A stretch of 64,000 bases of DNA, from contig NW_026262701.1 of NCBI RefSeq assembly GCF_021869535.1, forward strand, positions 37,262,001 through 37,326,000, given 5' to 3'. Shown piece after piece: positions 1 through 12,736 of this stretch. Origin of the DNA: Mytilus californianus. Lineage: Eukaryota. The notes beneath the pieces were generated by a model. It was not told the DNA's origin, did not search any database, and saw only the letters and a program-made list of their open reading frames with translations. The translations under genes were made by a program, and so were the position numbers. How positions within the stretch are numbered: position 1 is the first letter of the stretch; each line of letters starts with the position of its first letter.

Positions 1-1134
1 TCTATGATGAGTTTATTTTCAATCTATTATATAGGGCACACAAACGTATGTCAACTTGAAGCAATTGGAACAGGGAAGACCTTTTACAGATGATTTTGAA
101 TTTGAAATTTAAAACATAGTTTCAAAGTTTTTTTGGTTTTTTTTTTTTGGAATAAAAAGAAATTCGATGTACATGCCAATAAAACAGAACCCAAAGACCA
201 CATGTAAGCAAAATAGACAAGAAGATATATAACCACATATGCATATCCTCTTTTCGATAGTTCACAGTATATAAAAAGCTAGTTTATATTTGCCTATATT
301 TAAACATTTTCAAATATGAAATGAATCATTGCAAATAATACTGATTAATGCAGTATCAAAGAAGACTATCAGCTACTGAAAGCAATTAGTATGACTATTA
401 TCACCATCATTTTTTTATAAGAAATAACAAACAGATTCATCATATAGAAAATGAAATTCAAAAATGTCAAAACAATGAAATGTCTGCTAAAGTTGAGATG
501 TCAAAGTCTACAGTGCATAATGAATCATGCTTGCATAATTTGTTTCGCCAGAAGCGCGTTTCGACTACATTATCCTCTTTAGAGGATATTAAGTCTAGAG
601 AAAACTCTGGGAATTATGTCCCAAGTTATTTCGAATGTACTCATTGTTCAATGGTCAACAAATCAATGCATGTATTTTTATTCAGTTGAAAAAAGATTCC
701 TCCTTGTTTAGAAAACTTACAAATATTAACAAAACGGCAAAACGCCAGTTGTAATAAATAATTATTACTTACGAAATATGGAATCCTAACACTTTACATA
801 CAACGGCCGCGTCATTTACACCAAAGCTATCGTCACATACTGTCCCCATGGTCCCCCATTGTCCGTTGTGTTTTACGTCTACTCGACCCTCTCCGACAAA
901 CGTTCCATTGACTAATCTTAAATCCATAACATCTGAAATATATATATATAATATACAAATGAACAGATTACTTTTTTAGCTTTCGTAAAAAGGAAGTGAG
1001 GCACCAGAATTTCAGGAATAATTTTTTTTTCAATCAAAAGGTTGTAAAAATGTGATGGATATACAAGGGTGTTTATAAAATTCAGAAATTCAGAAAAACG
1101 TCGTGTTTTGACGTTTTGTTCCACCTTGATATAT

Positions 1135-1303
1135 CAGATGGTGTATCTTTCAGATCAGCTGAAATGAAAGAGAATGTATTTCATAAAGTTGTCACATGTT
1201 TAGACGTGTATAATAAAATTAAAATTTGATGTGTCGGCATGGTGATTAACATTATCATCCTTTACGACAGAAAAAATAGCTGATCTGAAAGGTATACCAT
1301 CTG
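1135..1303. repeat. 26-bp inverted repeat pair (1135-1160 / 1278-1303)
   Basis: cagatggtgtatctttcagatcagct versus agctgatctgaaaggtataccatctg: reverse complements with 2 mismatches. A ~40-bp direct repeat (gagaatgt...aaagttgtcacatgtt.agacgt.ta) also occurs at ~1170-1210 and ~1597-1631. Confidence 0.8.
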
Positions 1304-1510
1304 CTAGCCTATACACCATGTACTGTTTTACCATCCTAGATAAAGCCGAGGAGGAAAGGCATTACATCGACCATCGAAAGCTATATTTTTTATGTAGCCT
1401 AGTGGTCGAGTGGTCTAGAGCGCTGGACACGGTGCAGACGGAGTTGCCACGATCTCTCAGAAGCAAGGGTTCGAATCCCGATGAGGGAGGATCAAAAATT
1501 TGCGAACGCA
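1260..1510 (+). mobile_element. Dispersed repeat containing a tRNA-derived (Ser/Leu-like) Pol III A/B-box segment, copy 1
   Basis: A box TGGTCGAGTGG at 1403-1413 and B box GGTTCGAATCC at 1468-1478. A diverged homologue lies on the minus strand at ~7600-7860 and also shares ~130 bp upstream of the tRNA-like part. No convincing cloverleaf, so not called a tRNA. Confidence 0.6.
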
Positions 1511-1734
1511 AATTTACAGATCTAACATTGTTGGGCTGAGACGAATTGTATGTATATTATGATGTTAGCCCTGTAAAACCAGGGGTAATCCGAAGGAGAA
1601 TGTCTTAAAGTTGTCACATGTTAAGACGTATATTATTTTTATCATGAAGTATGAAACTAGTCAAAGACATTCCAATTGATCATTTACTATCGAGAGAAAT
1701 TAACAATAAAACTGTTTTCCAATTTTAGACTCAC

Positions 1735-1920
1735 CGTCGCACCTGCAATCATCCCCAGTTTTCGTTGGGGTTCGCGTTGTTCTGTCTTTAGCTTGCTATG
1801 TTATGTTTTATATGCTGTTGTTTGTCTCTTGACGTTTTTCGCTTTTTGCCATGGCATTGTCAGTTCGTTTTCGACTTATGAGTTTGATTTTCCCTTTTGT
1901 ATCTGTCGCCTCTTTTCTAC
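1735..1920 (+). mobile_element. 3' tail of an abundant Penelope-like retroelement family (5'-truncated)
   Basis: Matches the tail that follows the RT ORF end at 42400-42607 (cacctg..atcacccccag...ggggttcg.gttg...ccatggc.ttgtcag...ttcgacttatgagtttga). Confidence 0.65.
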
Positions 1921-2546
1921 ATATTAATCACCTATTTGCTATTATCATTGATAAACAAAAAAAGAATGCTCAAAAAGAATGAAAGAATAATGTCGACTGT
2001 CTGATAAAAACATGCTCAGCAAAAAGTAAATACAGTAAACTAAAATATCTGATGCCGTCACTACGGCAGTGTTATATTGATAGTAATAAGTTAATAGGGA
2101 GTGTATGATATTACAGTTAGGATTCACTACCCAATTTGCATGTTGTAGTGAGGAAATCTGCAAAAAATACATCTAATGACTTACAGCACCTCTAATCCAA
2201 GCATGCGACAAACTACTCTTGTGTCGTTCTGATCAAATTTATCATCGCATATACTGTTCCCCACTTCCCACTGTGGAATAATTCAATTCTTCCTTGATAG
2301 CGATTCTTCCCACCTCTCAATTGAATTAAAGCTGATATTTGAATTAAAAATAATCAAAGATGCACTATATATAGAAAATCGAATGAACGTATAAAATGGT
2401 TTGTATTTTAAACACCTCTTCTGTTATATGAACAACATGTTTCTTAATCTAAACAATAGTGATAAGATAATTTGCACATAGTATATCAAATTATGTGCTC
2501 TTGGATCATCCATATAAATTCTTTTACATATAAAAATATAAAAATA

Positions 2547-2965
2547 GGAAGATATGGTATGATTGCCAATGAGACACTCTCTACAAGAGACCAAATGACA
2601 CAGAATTTAACAACTATAGGTCACCGCACAGCCTTCAACAATGAGTAAAACCCATACCGCATAGTCAGCTATAAAAAGCCCCGAAATAACAAATGTAAAA
2701 CAATTCAAACGAGAAAAGTAACGACCTGATTTATGTACAAAATAATGAACGAAAAACAAATATGATATACAGCAACAAGCGACAACCACTGAATTACAGG
2801 CTCCTGACTTGGGAAAGGCACATACAGAATGTGGCGGGGTTAAACATGTTAGCGGGCGCCCAACCCCACCCCCTAACCTGGGACAGTGGTGTAACTAACG
2901 GTAAAACATTATGAACAAACTATAAAAATCAGTTGAAAAGGGCTTAACTCATCAGATCGATACAG
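2547..2965 (+). mobile_element. Non-autonomous dispersed repeat family A
   Basis: Head gaagat.tggtatgattgccaatgagacaactctcc recurs at ~6181, 8388, 19920, 24105 (plus) and ~21690 (minus). The body with ctcctgacttggg recurs at ~24350 and ~41330 (minus). Confidence 0.75.
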
Positions 2966-3112
2966 TCTTTTTATCCAGTTAAATTAAATGATTAATTCTC
3001 AGACAGTTACATCACAATAATATACTTTAGATATCATTTCGCCGATGTTCAGAATCACTGGTGTTAAACTGATAATCGTAACTGGAATTACGACGATCCC
3101 AATATGGCGACG

Positions 3113-5427
3113 GCAGAAATAGGTAAAATCTTTTCAGTCATTTTTCTCAAATATAGCCCGTTGTTGTCAAGAGTTACTCAGCTGCAAGGTTTTTCTATAC
3201 CATTACATCATATTTGAATCGTAACGGTGCACTATAATTGTCTAAGCGCTTAGAAAATTGCCGTGGAAAAATTCGGGATGATAATCGTAATTCGATGGCA
3301 TTTTTCTTGTTTGATAATCGTAATTTCTTTATGGGATAATAGTAACTTAAAAATAATAAATGTGTCTTCCAGCTTGTCAATGGTATTTTGTGTGTAAAAA
3401 CGGTAATGTCCAGTTAAACCATGATATTAACACGCAAAATAAAAAATAATGAAGCAACTTACAGGTTAATATTTAGGACAAATTTACTTACATGTATATA
3501 TATCTCGATTTATAACTGACAACAATATGCATAACCTTTTAATATATACATGTACCTGTTAAAGATATGGAAAATGAAGCAGCTGTCGAGTCAGTTATTG
3601 TGGTAAATAGATAATTTAAATTCTTTCAAAGTTTCAATGTTGTTCTCGCGTTTAGGGTTTTTTTTTGGAAGTGGGGAAAGAGGGGGGGATTAGCATTATC
3701 CCATATCCCGAAAGTGCAATCCTTTCAAATGAAAGGCCCGTATACCACATTTCAGTATGCCATATGTTTTGCCTCAAATATTGCATATATCCAATCGACT
3801 TTTAAATCAATAAAAAGGGCAAGTTAACCTCCTCTATCTCAATATTCCCTATACCATATTGTAGTTATTGTTACTTGTGTTTATTGTTCCTTGTGTTTAT
3901 TGTTACTTGTGTTTATTGTTACTTGTGTTTATTGTTCCTTGTGTTTATTGTTACTTGTGTTTATTGTTCCTTGTGTTTATTGTTACTTGTGTTTATTGTT
4001 ACTTGTGTTTATTGTTACTTGTGTGTTTATTAGCCGTAACTAAATAGCGCGTATAGTCTTGCGAAGCATTTGAAGGACTGAAAAAAAAACACAAATATAT
4101 ATTATATATATATGTGTATTGGTCCTCAGAAGGCATAATATGTAGATCATCACGGTCGAAACTGGTTTAATTACAAAGACTTTAATAGATATTCAAACAA
4201 ATATTTTGTGCTTCAGAAAAAATGCATGACAATTATGAAAGGCTAATTTTTGTTTTCATTTGATAGAAAAGTACTAAGTAAAATGTATATGGTAATTATG
4301 CAAGTACAAAAATGTTCTTTGTTACCTTCAATATTTTTTCTCTACAATAACTTCCATGCATATGTATGCAGCATATTTTTCATATACCAAGTATTTATGA
4401 TTTCTTGAATCAGTTTGTTTCTGATATGGCGGAATATGCGCTATGATTTCTTTAAGTTGCAGTCATTCTTTGAATAAATATAGCTTGTAAGCTTATTTAA
4501 GGCCACATCAATTTGATTTCTTGATCTTCGGGCTTTTGGCCAAACTATTAAAGAACACAAATCCATGTTTGCCAATGAACTCCACGTCACCATGTGCTTA
4601 ACTCCATAACACACAAAGCATTCCAACTTTTCTCTACTCTTATATTATCATTTAACGTTTTAAGGATTTCATTTTATTAGAATGCCAAACTACATTGGTG
4701 TTGTTAAAATTTATAGTTATTTTCTGAGATATCGAAATGTCAGTGACGGTCATGAAGTAGCTAAGCATTTTTATAGTATTTATGGGCTATACAACTTTTT
4801 ACACATTCAAAAAGGTGTGACATTTGTTTTCAAGTCCGTATTTAAATAGAGAAACAAACAATATTTCTTTTTAACTCTAAACATGAAGAGATCATGATGA
4901 CATTTTTTAAAATTTTCTCCCATATTTTGTGACGGTCCTAGTTCCTGGAGTTTTCAGTATTTTAACATAGTTCGTGTTACCCCATTTACAAATTTATTGA
5001 AGCTGTTCCCCCTTCCAATTTCATGATATATACAAGTATGTAGCTGTTTACATTAGAACTGTTAATCATATATGCACAAAAAGAAATGTCATAAGATGTG
5101 GGAACGTTTTCATGATTAATTCATCACCATATTTTCATCATATGCTATTAGATAGACGTTTTTCTTGTCAATACCAATCAAACACTATCCAGTTACGATT
5201 ATCTTCTTATTTATTAATACCGAAACTACGATTATCATTTTTGCGAGTTACGATTATCATCCCGAATTTTTCGACGGCAATTTTCTAAGCGCTGCTAGAC
5301 AATTATAATGCACCGTTACGATTCAAATATGATGTAATGGTATAGAAAAACCTTGCAGCTGAGTAACTCTTGACAACAACGGGCTACATTTGAGAAAAAT
5401 GACTGAAAAGATTTTACCTATTTCTGC
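3113..5427. repeat. ~180-bp inverted repeat arms (3113-3290 / 5248-5427) about 1.95 kb apart
   Basis: gcagaaataggtaaaatc...gggatgataatcgtaa is reverse-complemented almost exactly at 5248-5427. Both arms carry extra gataatcgtaa subrepeats. Confidence 0.85.
3865..4030. repeat. 16-bp minisatellite (ttattgtt[a/c]cttgtgt) x ~10
   Basis: Directly visible tandem array with two variant units. Confidence 0.95.
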
Positions 5428-7599
5428 AAGCAGAACAACTATACACTCTTTTAAAACACATATAATTATTCAAGTCAAGTAGAGCAGGGTTTAAGCTAAA
5501 AGAAAAAAAAATAGAATTTGTTCATACTTTAAATGAAGACTCGTGTTGTTTTCAAAACTCTGATAAAAAGTGAAGTCACAGAGATTTTTTTCAAGCTGCA
5601 GGTTTTGCAATTTTTTCAAATCTATCGCCATGATCGGAATATTAGTATTAAACATGTAATTATCTTCATTGAATTGAAAAGTCTTACAAATGAATTGCAT
5701 TCCATTTAAAATGCATATTTCATTAAAGTTGTAGATCGATTGTTTTCTAGAATTTACAAATCCGAGCTGGTGGAAGAAATCCGATCTACCTTAAAACTTT
5801 TATTTTCAAAATGAACACCCTCCAAACACACTAATACCCGTATTTTTCATTCAAAGATTTTTTTAAATGGCTCTTTAAATATTTGGCGAGTTATTTATTA
5901 ACAGGAGGAGAGAAATCCTGACAGTCCAGTTTAATCATGTTGATACATGTTAACTGTATTATCTATGTTCAATAGAACTATTCTCCCATGGTTTAATTAA
6001 ATGTGGTACATATCGTGAGTTCGAAATAATTTATTTTACTTTCTGCCGGGTCAATATAACTTGCAATAAGTTCATACTGTGAATCCGATGACCAACTGTT
6101 GAAACTCTATCGAACTTTTAAGAGATCGTAGATTTGCATGAAATAATCGTTCTTTCTGAGTATACACATGATATTAAACTTAGAAGATGTGGTATAATTG
6201 CTAATGAGACAACTCTCCACCAGAAACCAAATGGCGTAGAAATAAGCAACTATAGATCACCGTATCGCATTCAACAATGAGCAGAACCCATACAGCAAAG
6301 CAAGACCCTGAAATGCATGACAAATGCAAACAATTCAAAGTTAAAAGAATTTGAAGATACTATTGAAGGAGTAAATAAAAACTTAAAAATGACAACCAAC
6401 AATATGATCAAATGAAAAAGAGAAAGACTCCGATCAATAAAACATTAAAAAAAAATCAAATATTTTGGAAAATTAAGCAATAATAAAAGGCCTCTCTACA
6501 TCTGGAGTGAAATCACAAAAGATGGAGGAAGTCAACTTTCACACGGAATATCTGTTCCGGTCAACAACAAGCCATGATGATGACCGTTATTTTTCTAAGA
6601 GACTATGATTTTATATATTAAAGAAAACTTCCCGAAATCAGCTTGACAGTTGCGCTCTATGTCAACGTAAGTCTTTAATGGTATAGGTGTTGTTATCAAT
6701 TACTTGCAAAAGGAAATCTTTTTATTTCTTATGAAACTTTGGATGTGAATCGTTCTATTGCTCATAGAAACTGAGTGAAAATCGACCAATAGCAATTTGT
6801 ATTCAATTTTATTTATTGTTTTCTTTTATTTCGAACTACCTTTTCAATTAATGTATGCATGAAATTTAGCCTAGCATAATTTGGTTCTTAAATGGATCTA
6901 TTTCAAAACCCTTACTACAAGGTCAAACAAATCTCTATCTCCATTAGAGTACATTCTAGGTTTCAAAGTCGGCATATTTTGGATATATCGTCGAAAAACG
7001 ATGCGTCTGTGCATTTTTCGGACCTAAAAGCTTGTGGGAAACCCTTGGCCGTAACCTAGGATCCAAAATGTTCTGTAGCCAAAAGTTGCCAATGATTATA
7101 GTGAATCCCTAGACACAAACACTTTCTGAAACAAGGGTGTTGGCCACAGTAAATTATGTAAAAAAAAAACGGTTAAGAGTTATTGAAAATTTGACCAAAA
7201 CTGACGTTACAGCACAAATACTAGTAATGCATTCTTAAGGGGTAACTTCTTCGTCATTTTGAATGTGATGTGACAAAAAGAATTTATTTCGTATTAATAG
7301 GCATATTACAACTATTTCTATGTGAAATTTGTAGTACTGTAAATTCAGAAATTATTGCGAGGTTTTTATTATTGCGACAAATGCGACAGAGTTGTAAACG
7401 CAATAATTTAAACTCTCATTTTGAAATATTTTATATGAACTAAACAGGATTTTTCGCAAAATCGTAAAAATTAAAATCGCATTTAAGTCTAAAATGACAA
7501 AATCGCAATAATAAATGCACGCAATAATTTCTGAATTTACAGTATTTTGGCCTAATTAAAAAACATCAAAAATTAGGGCAAAATATAAGCCTTCGTTAA

Positions 7600-7860
7600 C
7601 TTACTCCTTTGCTTCAGCACATTTTTGCTCTTCTTACAACGGGATTTGAACCCCTGCTTCTGTGACACCTTAGCAACACCTCCTGCACTGCGACCAGCGC
7701 CATGGACAACTCGGTCAACTGGGTAATATGCGCTTTCGTAAGTCGAGTAATGCCTTTCCTCGTCGGCTTTTTCTAGAGTTGTATATGATGTGTAGTGGAA
7801 AGAAGATGGTATACCTTGCAGATCAGCTGGGGTATTTTTTCTGTCGAAAAAAATAGCCAT
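7600..7860 (-). mobile_element. tRNA-derived repeat, copy 2
   Basis: The reverse complement aligns to 1260-1510 (cgacagaaaaaata..agctgatctg.aaggtataccatct...ctaga.aaagccga.gaggaaaggcattac...agaagca.gggttc.aatccc). Confidence 0.6.
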
Positions 7861-7889
7861 TTTCTCAAAGATAATTATACATCTAAGGT

Positions 7890-8040
7890 AAAGAAAAAAA
7901 AGGAATGTCACTTTCACATTCACAGCAACAAATTAAAGCAGCGATACAACACCTATGTAACATATAACTGTAAGACGGAAAATATAATTTATGTTCTTAC
8001 TTGTGGAACTTACAAGCTGCAATATGTTCGGTAAACAGAA
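7890..8040 (+). pseudogene. Penelope-like GIY-YIG endonuclease fragment
   Basis: Translation ...YNCKTENIIYVLTCGTYKLQYVR*T resembles the PLE motif NCxTxNVIYxIxCxxCxxQYVGET. It has a stop and is truncated by a family A copy. Confidence 0.6.
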
Positions 8041-8592
8041 ACCAAATGTAATCCCCGTATGACCTTCAACATTTGCCAAAATCCATACCGTATAATATGC
8101 AATAAAAGATCGGATAGACAAAATAGAAAGCAATTCAAAAGAGAAGACCATCGGCCTGATTTATATCATAAAATGAATGATAAACTAAAATGGCAGACAG
8201 TAACCAACGACAACCACTGGCTTGAGACAGAAAAAAATAAAAAAGACAAACGACACACATTACCAAGAGTACTCGGAGATACTGAAAGCTTGTTCAAAGC
8301 TCAACTTCGGTTAGTGTATAACTTATGTTCTCTGAGATTGAAACTTAAGTCTTGTGCGCAGAACTGTTAGTGTCTTAGATAGATATAAGAAGATGTGGTA
8401 TGAGTGCCAATGAGACAACTCTCCATCCAAGTCAAAATTTATAAAAGTAAACCATTATAGAGTACATCAAATATTTAAAAGTAATTTTGAAGAGAGTATT
8501 TGACAGTCTAATTTATTTATCAAAATGGGACGCAAATTGCATGGAGATACATGTATATGTAGCCTACAATGCATTTACATTTACTTAACTAA

Positions 8593-9736
8593 GGCCGTGT
8601 TCATATTGGGCTTAACTCAGTGTGGTGATAATGTACTCTATACACTTAAACTAAATTCTTTTACGTTCCCATTGACTAAAACTCATTGTTTACAAGTAGT
8701 TTAAAACAGGTTTTGACTACATGCAGTCAATAATCAATGTAGGCCTTGTGTGGGTTAAGTGTTCAAAAACAAGTCAGACAAAAAGAACATGGATATTATT
8801 GTGAATATTTAAGGAAGTAACATATTTTGAATATAAATGATTATAATTATATTATGAATTAAGTTATTTTCCTATTTATATGAAAAAACTAAAAAATTGC
8901 TCATTTAAAAACATGATTAAATTTAATAGCCTTAGTGGACCATTTGATTTTTAGTGGGAGGGGGATATTTTGTTGATAGAATATTCATTTTACACCGGTT
9001 GATAGTACGGCTTTTTTATCTAGAGCGAAAATTATTTTCACTTTTTGTACAAAAACTATTTCATGCAAAGTCCTGCATTTTGTAGGACAAAATATTCATT
9101 TTCATTAGGTTATATTTACAGTACCCGTCCAGGCTATTCATTTCCAAAATCACCCCAATCTTTTTTTACGATCTGCCATTTGACCCTTACCAAAGTGGGT
9201 CGTCCGTTTGGCTGTGCGGGATGTACAAGTACTCAGCCACGTCCATCTTCATTTCGGACGGCGTCTATGAAAGGACCTATTTATTGTATTTATTGTGAAT
9301 TTGTTCTCATCCTGAATATGCATGAAAAATTTGCCACAGGACATCAATAATCAATCAATTTAAAATCCTTTTTTCGCCTATTGTTACGCTGTTATAGCCT
9401 GCGTTATCGTGACATCTTTAGAAATCTCAAAGTTCTTTAAATCAATAGAACGATTTTCATAAGGTACTGACTATTCATCTTCGTTGAACAATTTGAAACC
9501 ATATTTTTATTACTGTACAACTGATACAAAAGTTTACAGAGAAATTTTTAAATTCAATTCTATGTTACGTACATGTAAATTACGTGTACATGTTGTTTAC
9601 TGGTGTGAACAGTTCATGTACAGGTAACTAAAACCGATGTACAGCTGAGAACAAATTTAATGTGAAACCAGTGTTCATTACATGAAACTCATTGTAAACA
9701 GGTTTATAGTTCGCAGCGTTTGGTGTGAACACGGCT
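8593..9736. mobile_element. Possible PIF/Harbinger-like non-autonomous DNA element
   Basis: Termini ggccgtgttcata / gtgaacacggct (11/13 inverted match), flanked on both sides by TAA (8590-8592, 9737-9739). Confidence 0.4.
9170..9358 (+). mobile_element. SINE-like 3' portion ending in (AATC)n
   Basis: Ends ttgttctcatcctgaatatgcatgaaaaatttgccacaggacatcaataatcaatcaa. A related piece lies on the minus strand at ~21805-21880. Confidence 0.5.
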
Positions 9737-11984
9737 TAAGTCCTATGTGTAAGTTTTTTTTTCATTTTTTTAACGATCCGTAATGTATAATTAACAAAAA
9801 AAAATATTTCATTTCTTGATTGTTGATCGAAAACCTTGGCTCCTTATTAACTTTCGGGGTTTTGATCCAAAGTTTACCGATTGTAGCCATGATTAACAAC
9901 CAACAAGGAATCATCGTACAAGGAAAATAAGTAAGATGATAGAGCGATGTTTATTTCTTTTGTTTTATTGTTCATGCGTTCCAATTGGTTAATTCAACTT
10001 TGCCAACACAGTTGTTAAAAGACTTGGTGTATTAAAATTTTTCCTTCAGAATCGATTGATAATATCTTCTTTCCACTTTTGCTTACATTTAGTTGTACTT
10101 CAGGATGGTTTTTCCTTCGCTCTTGCGCTGTATGGTTGCCGAATTTTAAACGCGAGATGTCATGGTAAAAGTCACTGTATACCAACAAATGTCGGCGAAT
10201 GACAGTACGGGAAATACAACAATTCAATAGCAGTACATATGTTGAAGATTTGAATAAAATAACGGACTTGCTTTGTCTATAATATACACGTAAATTATAG
10301 AAAAACATTTCATCCATACAAGTTCAACTTTTTTTGTTGAATTTGAAGTAGCATTAGCTGCATATGACTCTTAACTTTCATTTATCAATATATATAATTT
10401 CCTTAACATTATAATTTCAAGAAACTCGTTCCATGTGATTTTAACACGAAACTATAACTGGTGTAAAGGGCGTAATCACTTCACACGCATCATACTGTAT
10501 TTGTCAATAAGATGATATATTACCTTACAAAACTTTAATGTCAATTTCAATTTAGATTGTTTATGTGAGAAACACATAATGAAGTAAACATTTGCAAGAT
10601 TTGAAATGTACCAAAAGGGTGGGTTATCTCGTTGATGTCCGAACTGCTCGACATAATCACACGTTCGAAATAGTACACCCGTCAGACTTTCCGTATTTTG
10701 TTGCTTTGAGATCGCAAAAAAAACTCCAATTAATGTTCCCGAAGGCGACAATAGTAGCCTTTTTCGAGGTAAAGACTTTACAAAGTTGATTTTTAGAACG
10801 AAACCTTGCTAGAATTAAAGAAAAATAATTAGGACAGTATTTTGCAGTCCAAAAAAAATAGGTTGCCGTTGCTTTTCTTAACGTAATCTGTACTTATCTT
10901 CTTTATCTATCAATTATGCACTTTAAAACACGTGTCTCATCACGGCGTAGAAAACACTTCTCAGTTCCTTAAAGGTTTAGGAATGATACATTATTTTGCT
11001 TTTGGTATAATGCAGAGTGCACGAAGTGTCTAGTAATAAACTCTTAACTCTAAATACCGTATTATCTTCATAAAATGGCTGCGCTCATCATATTTAATGG
11101 TTGATTGTAGCCTTTAAGTAGCAATCAACCTGAGTGTAAAACTTCAAAATTTAAAAAAAATCGAAAAATAATACATATTATTAATGTGTGTTTTGAATGT
11201 AGGAAGACGATATATTTTGATAATTTAACAATGCGCAATTTATGTTTAGAAATGTTTAAATACACGTTAATACTTTTTACCTCTTAACATACATTGGCAA
11301 CTGCGAACCAACTATTTGAATACCCTATAGCTACTTGTAATAATAATTTGATACCCTAAATATATCTCTTTGTAATTGTTAATCTTATCAAAGTCATAAT
11401 AGAATATTTGATGGGTTTCGTGTTTCTCAATCTTAAGTTTTTTATATAGTGTTTCGTAAACTTTGTCGTCTTTGAGGGTTTTTTATTGTCAGTTTATCTT
11501 TCTTTGACTTATCAGTTTAAAATGTCCACCTGCTATCTTCTCCTTCTTTTGTTTTATAATATTTCAAGATGACTGACGAAATATTTTTTCGAAATGTGCT
11601 CATAATGTGTCGAATTCAAGTCAGCTTTGACATCTCGTTATTTTGTTTTACGTAGACTAAAATTCAATGTTTATAACACATCATTATTCAGGCTTTGGTC
11701 GGGTTGTTGTCTCTTTGACATATTCCCCATTTCCATTCTCAATTTTATTTCACAATATACACATCACACAAACCATGTCGGTATACTGATTTCTAGAAAA
11801 AAAAGTAGTAAAAACATAATTTGTCATATTGCTCTAATGGCTTTCAGTGACATATATCCGTCATTCTTAAGTTATCTTTCTATCTCAATTATTCTTAAGT
11901 AAAGCCTATCTTTCCTTGCACAATGTCAGTTATCTACAATCTAACAGGCAGTTCCAGCTCCGACCCGCATCCAAAACAAATGAA

Positions 11985-12230
11985 AACAACACGTTATAAA
12001 TTACATGCGTCTAAAGCGCTTTTCTGGATTTACCTTCATCAGGAACTCTCAAAGCCGAATATTTGAACGTCAAAGATGTAAAAGAACCGAAACATTTGAA
12101 GAGTTATATAACCAAAAGTACCTAAAACAAATAGCCAAATCCATCTAAGGTCAATTCTGCATGAAGGAGTTGAATCCTTAGTTTCTTTATAATTTAAAAA
12201 TTTATAAACGGACAATTTTAGAAAATTTTG
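11985..12230 (-). mobile_element. Family E (~227 bp) repeat carrying a decayed hammerhead motif (12007-12047)
   Basis: Minus strand reads gagagttc CTGATGA aggtaaatcca GAAAgcgctt t agacgc. Homologous to 28058-28284 and ~41860-42000. Confidence 0.7.
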
Positions 12231-12736
12231 TCATAAATCATGTCGGTACCCGAAGTACTAACTACTAAAAGATGATACCCTCGGGGACTAATAGTTCAAC
12301 TCTACACTAAAGAAAAAATATTTCTGGAACAGAATCGATCAATGTACGGAGTTTAAATTATATACATTGTATAATCATATGCTTTTCAGAATTTTGGTAG
12401 TACCCTATCCAAAACGAAACAATATAATAAATTAAATACAAGCAAATGACCTGTCATAAGATATTCATAATTTGGCTTCCCAATTAACTTAAAAACTTAG
12501 TATAATCGTTATGAAAATAAATTGTTTTTTATCTATTCTATGTAGCTCTTAAATCTATCATTCAGACTCAGACGTTTAGGTTTCACGTCAGCCTATGTTC
12601 ATACGTATGTAAAATACATATTAATTCTAATAAATATTTGAAAATAAATAATTTGTTTTACTAAAATATACATTAATTAACGTGTTATCAGGCAAATAAA
12701 TGCAACTGTATATAGTAAAAAGAAACTTTTCCTAAG

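Noticed and set aside
1345-1390. Hammerhead-like CCGA(G/C)GA…CGAAAG in both tRNA-like repeat copies
   Set aside because: U4 is C in both copies, and stems I and II cannot be formed consistently.
1394-1490. Functional tRNA gene
   Set aside because: A and B boxes are present, but there is no acceptor-stem pairing or anticodon arm, and the two copies diverge freely.
2930-2965. CTGATGA on the minus strand at the end of family A
   Set aside because: The stem II candidate is followed by TGATTT rather than GAAA.
10015-10789. ORFs of 65-100 aa that might be old transposase remnants
   Set aside because: No motif I can recognise with confidence.
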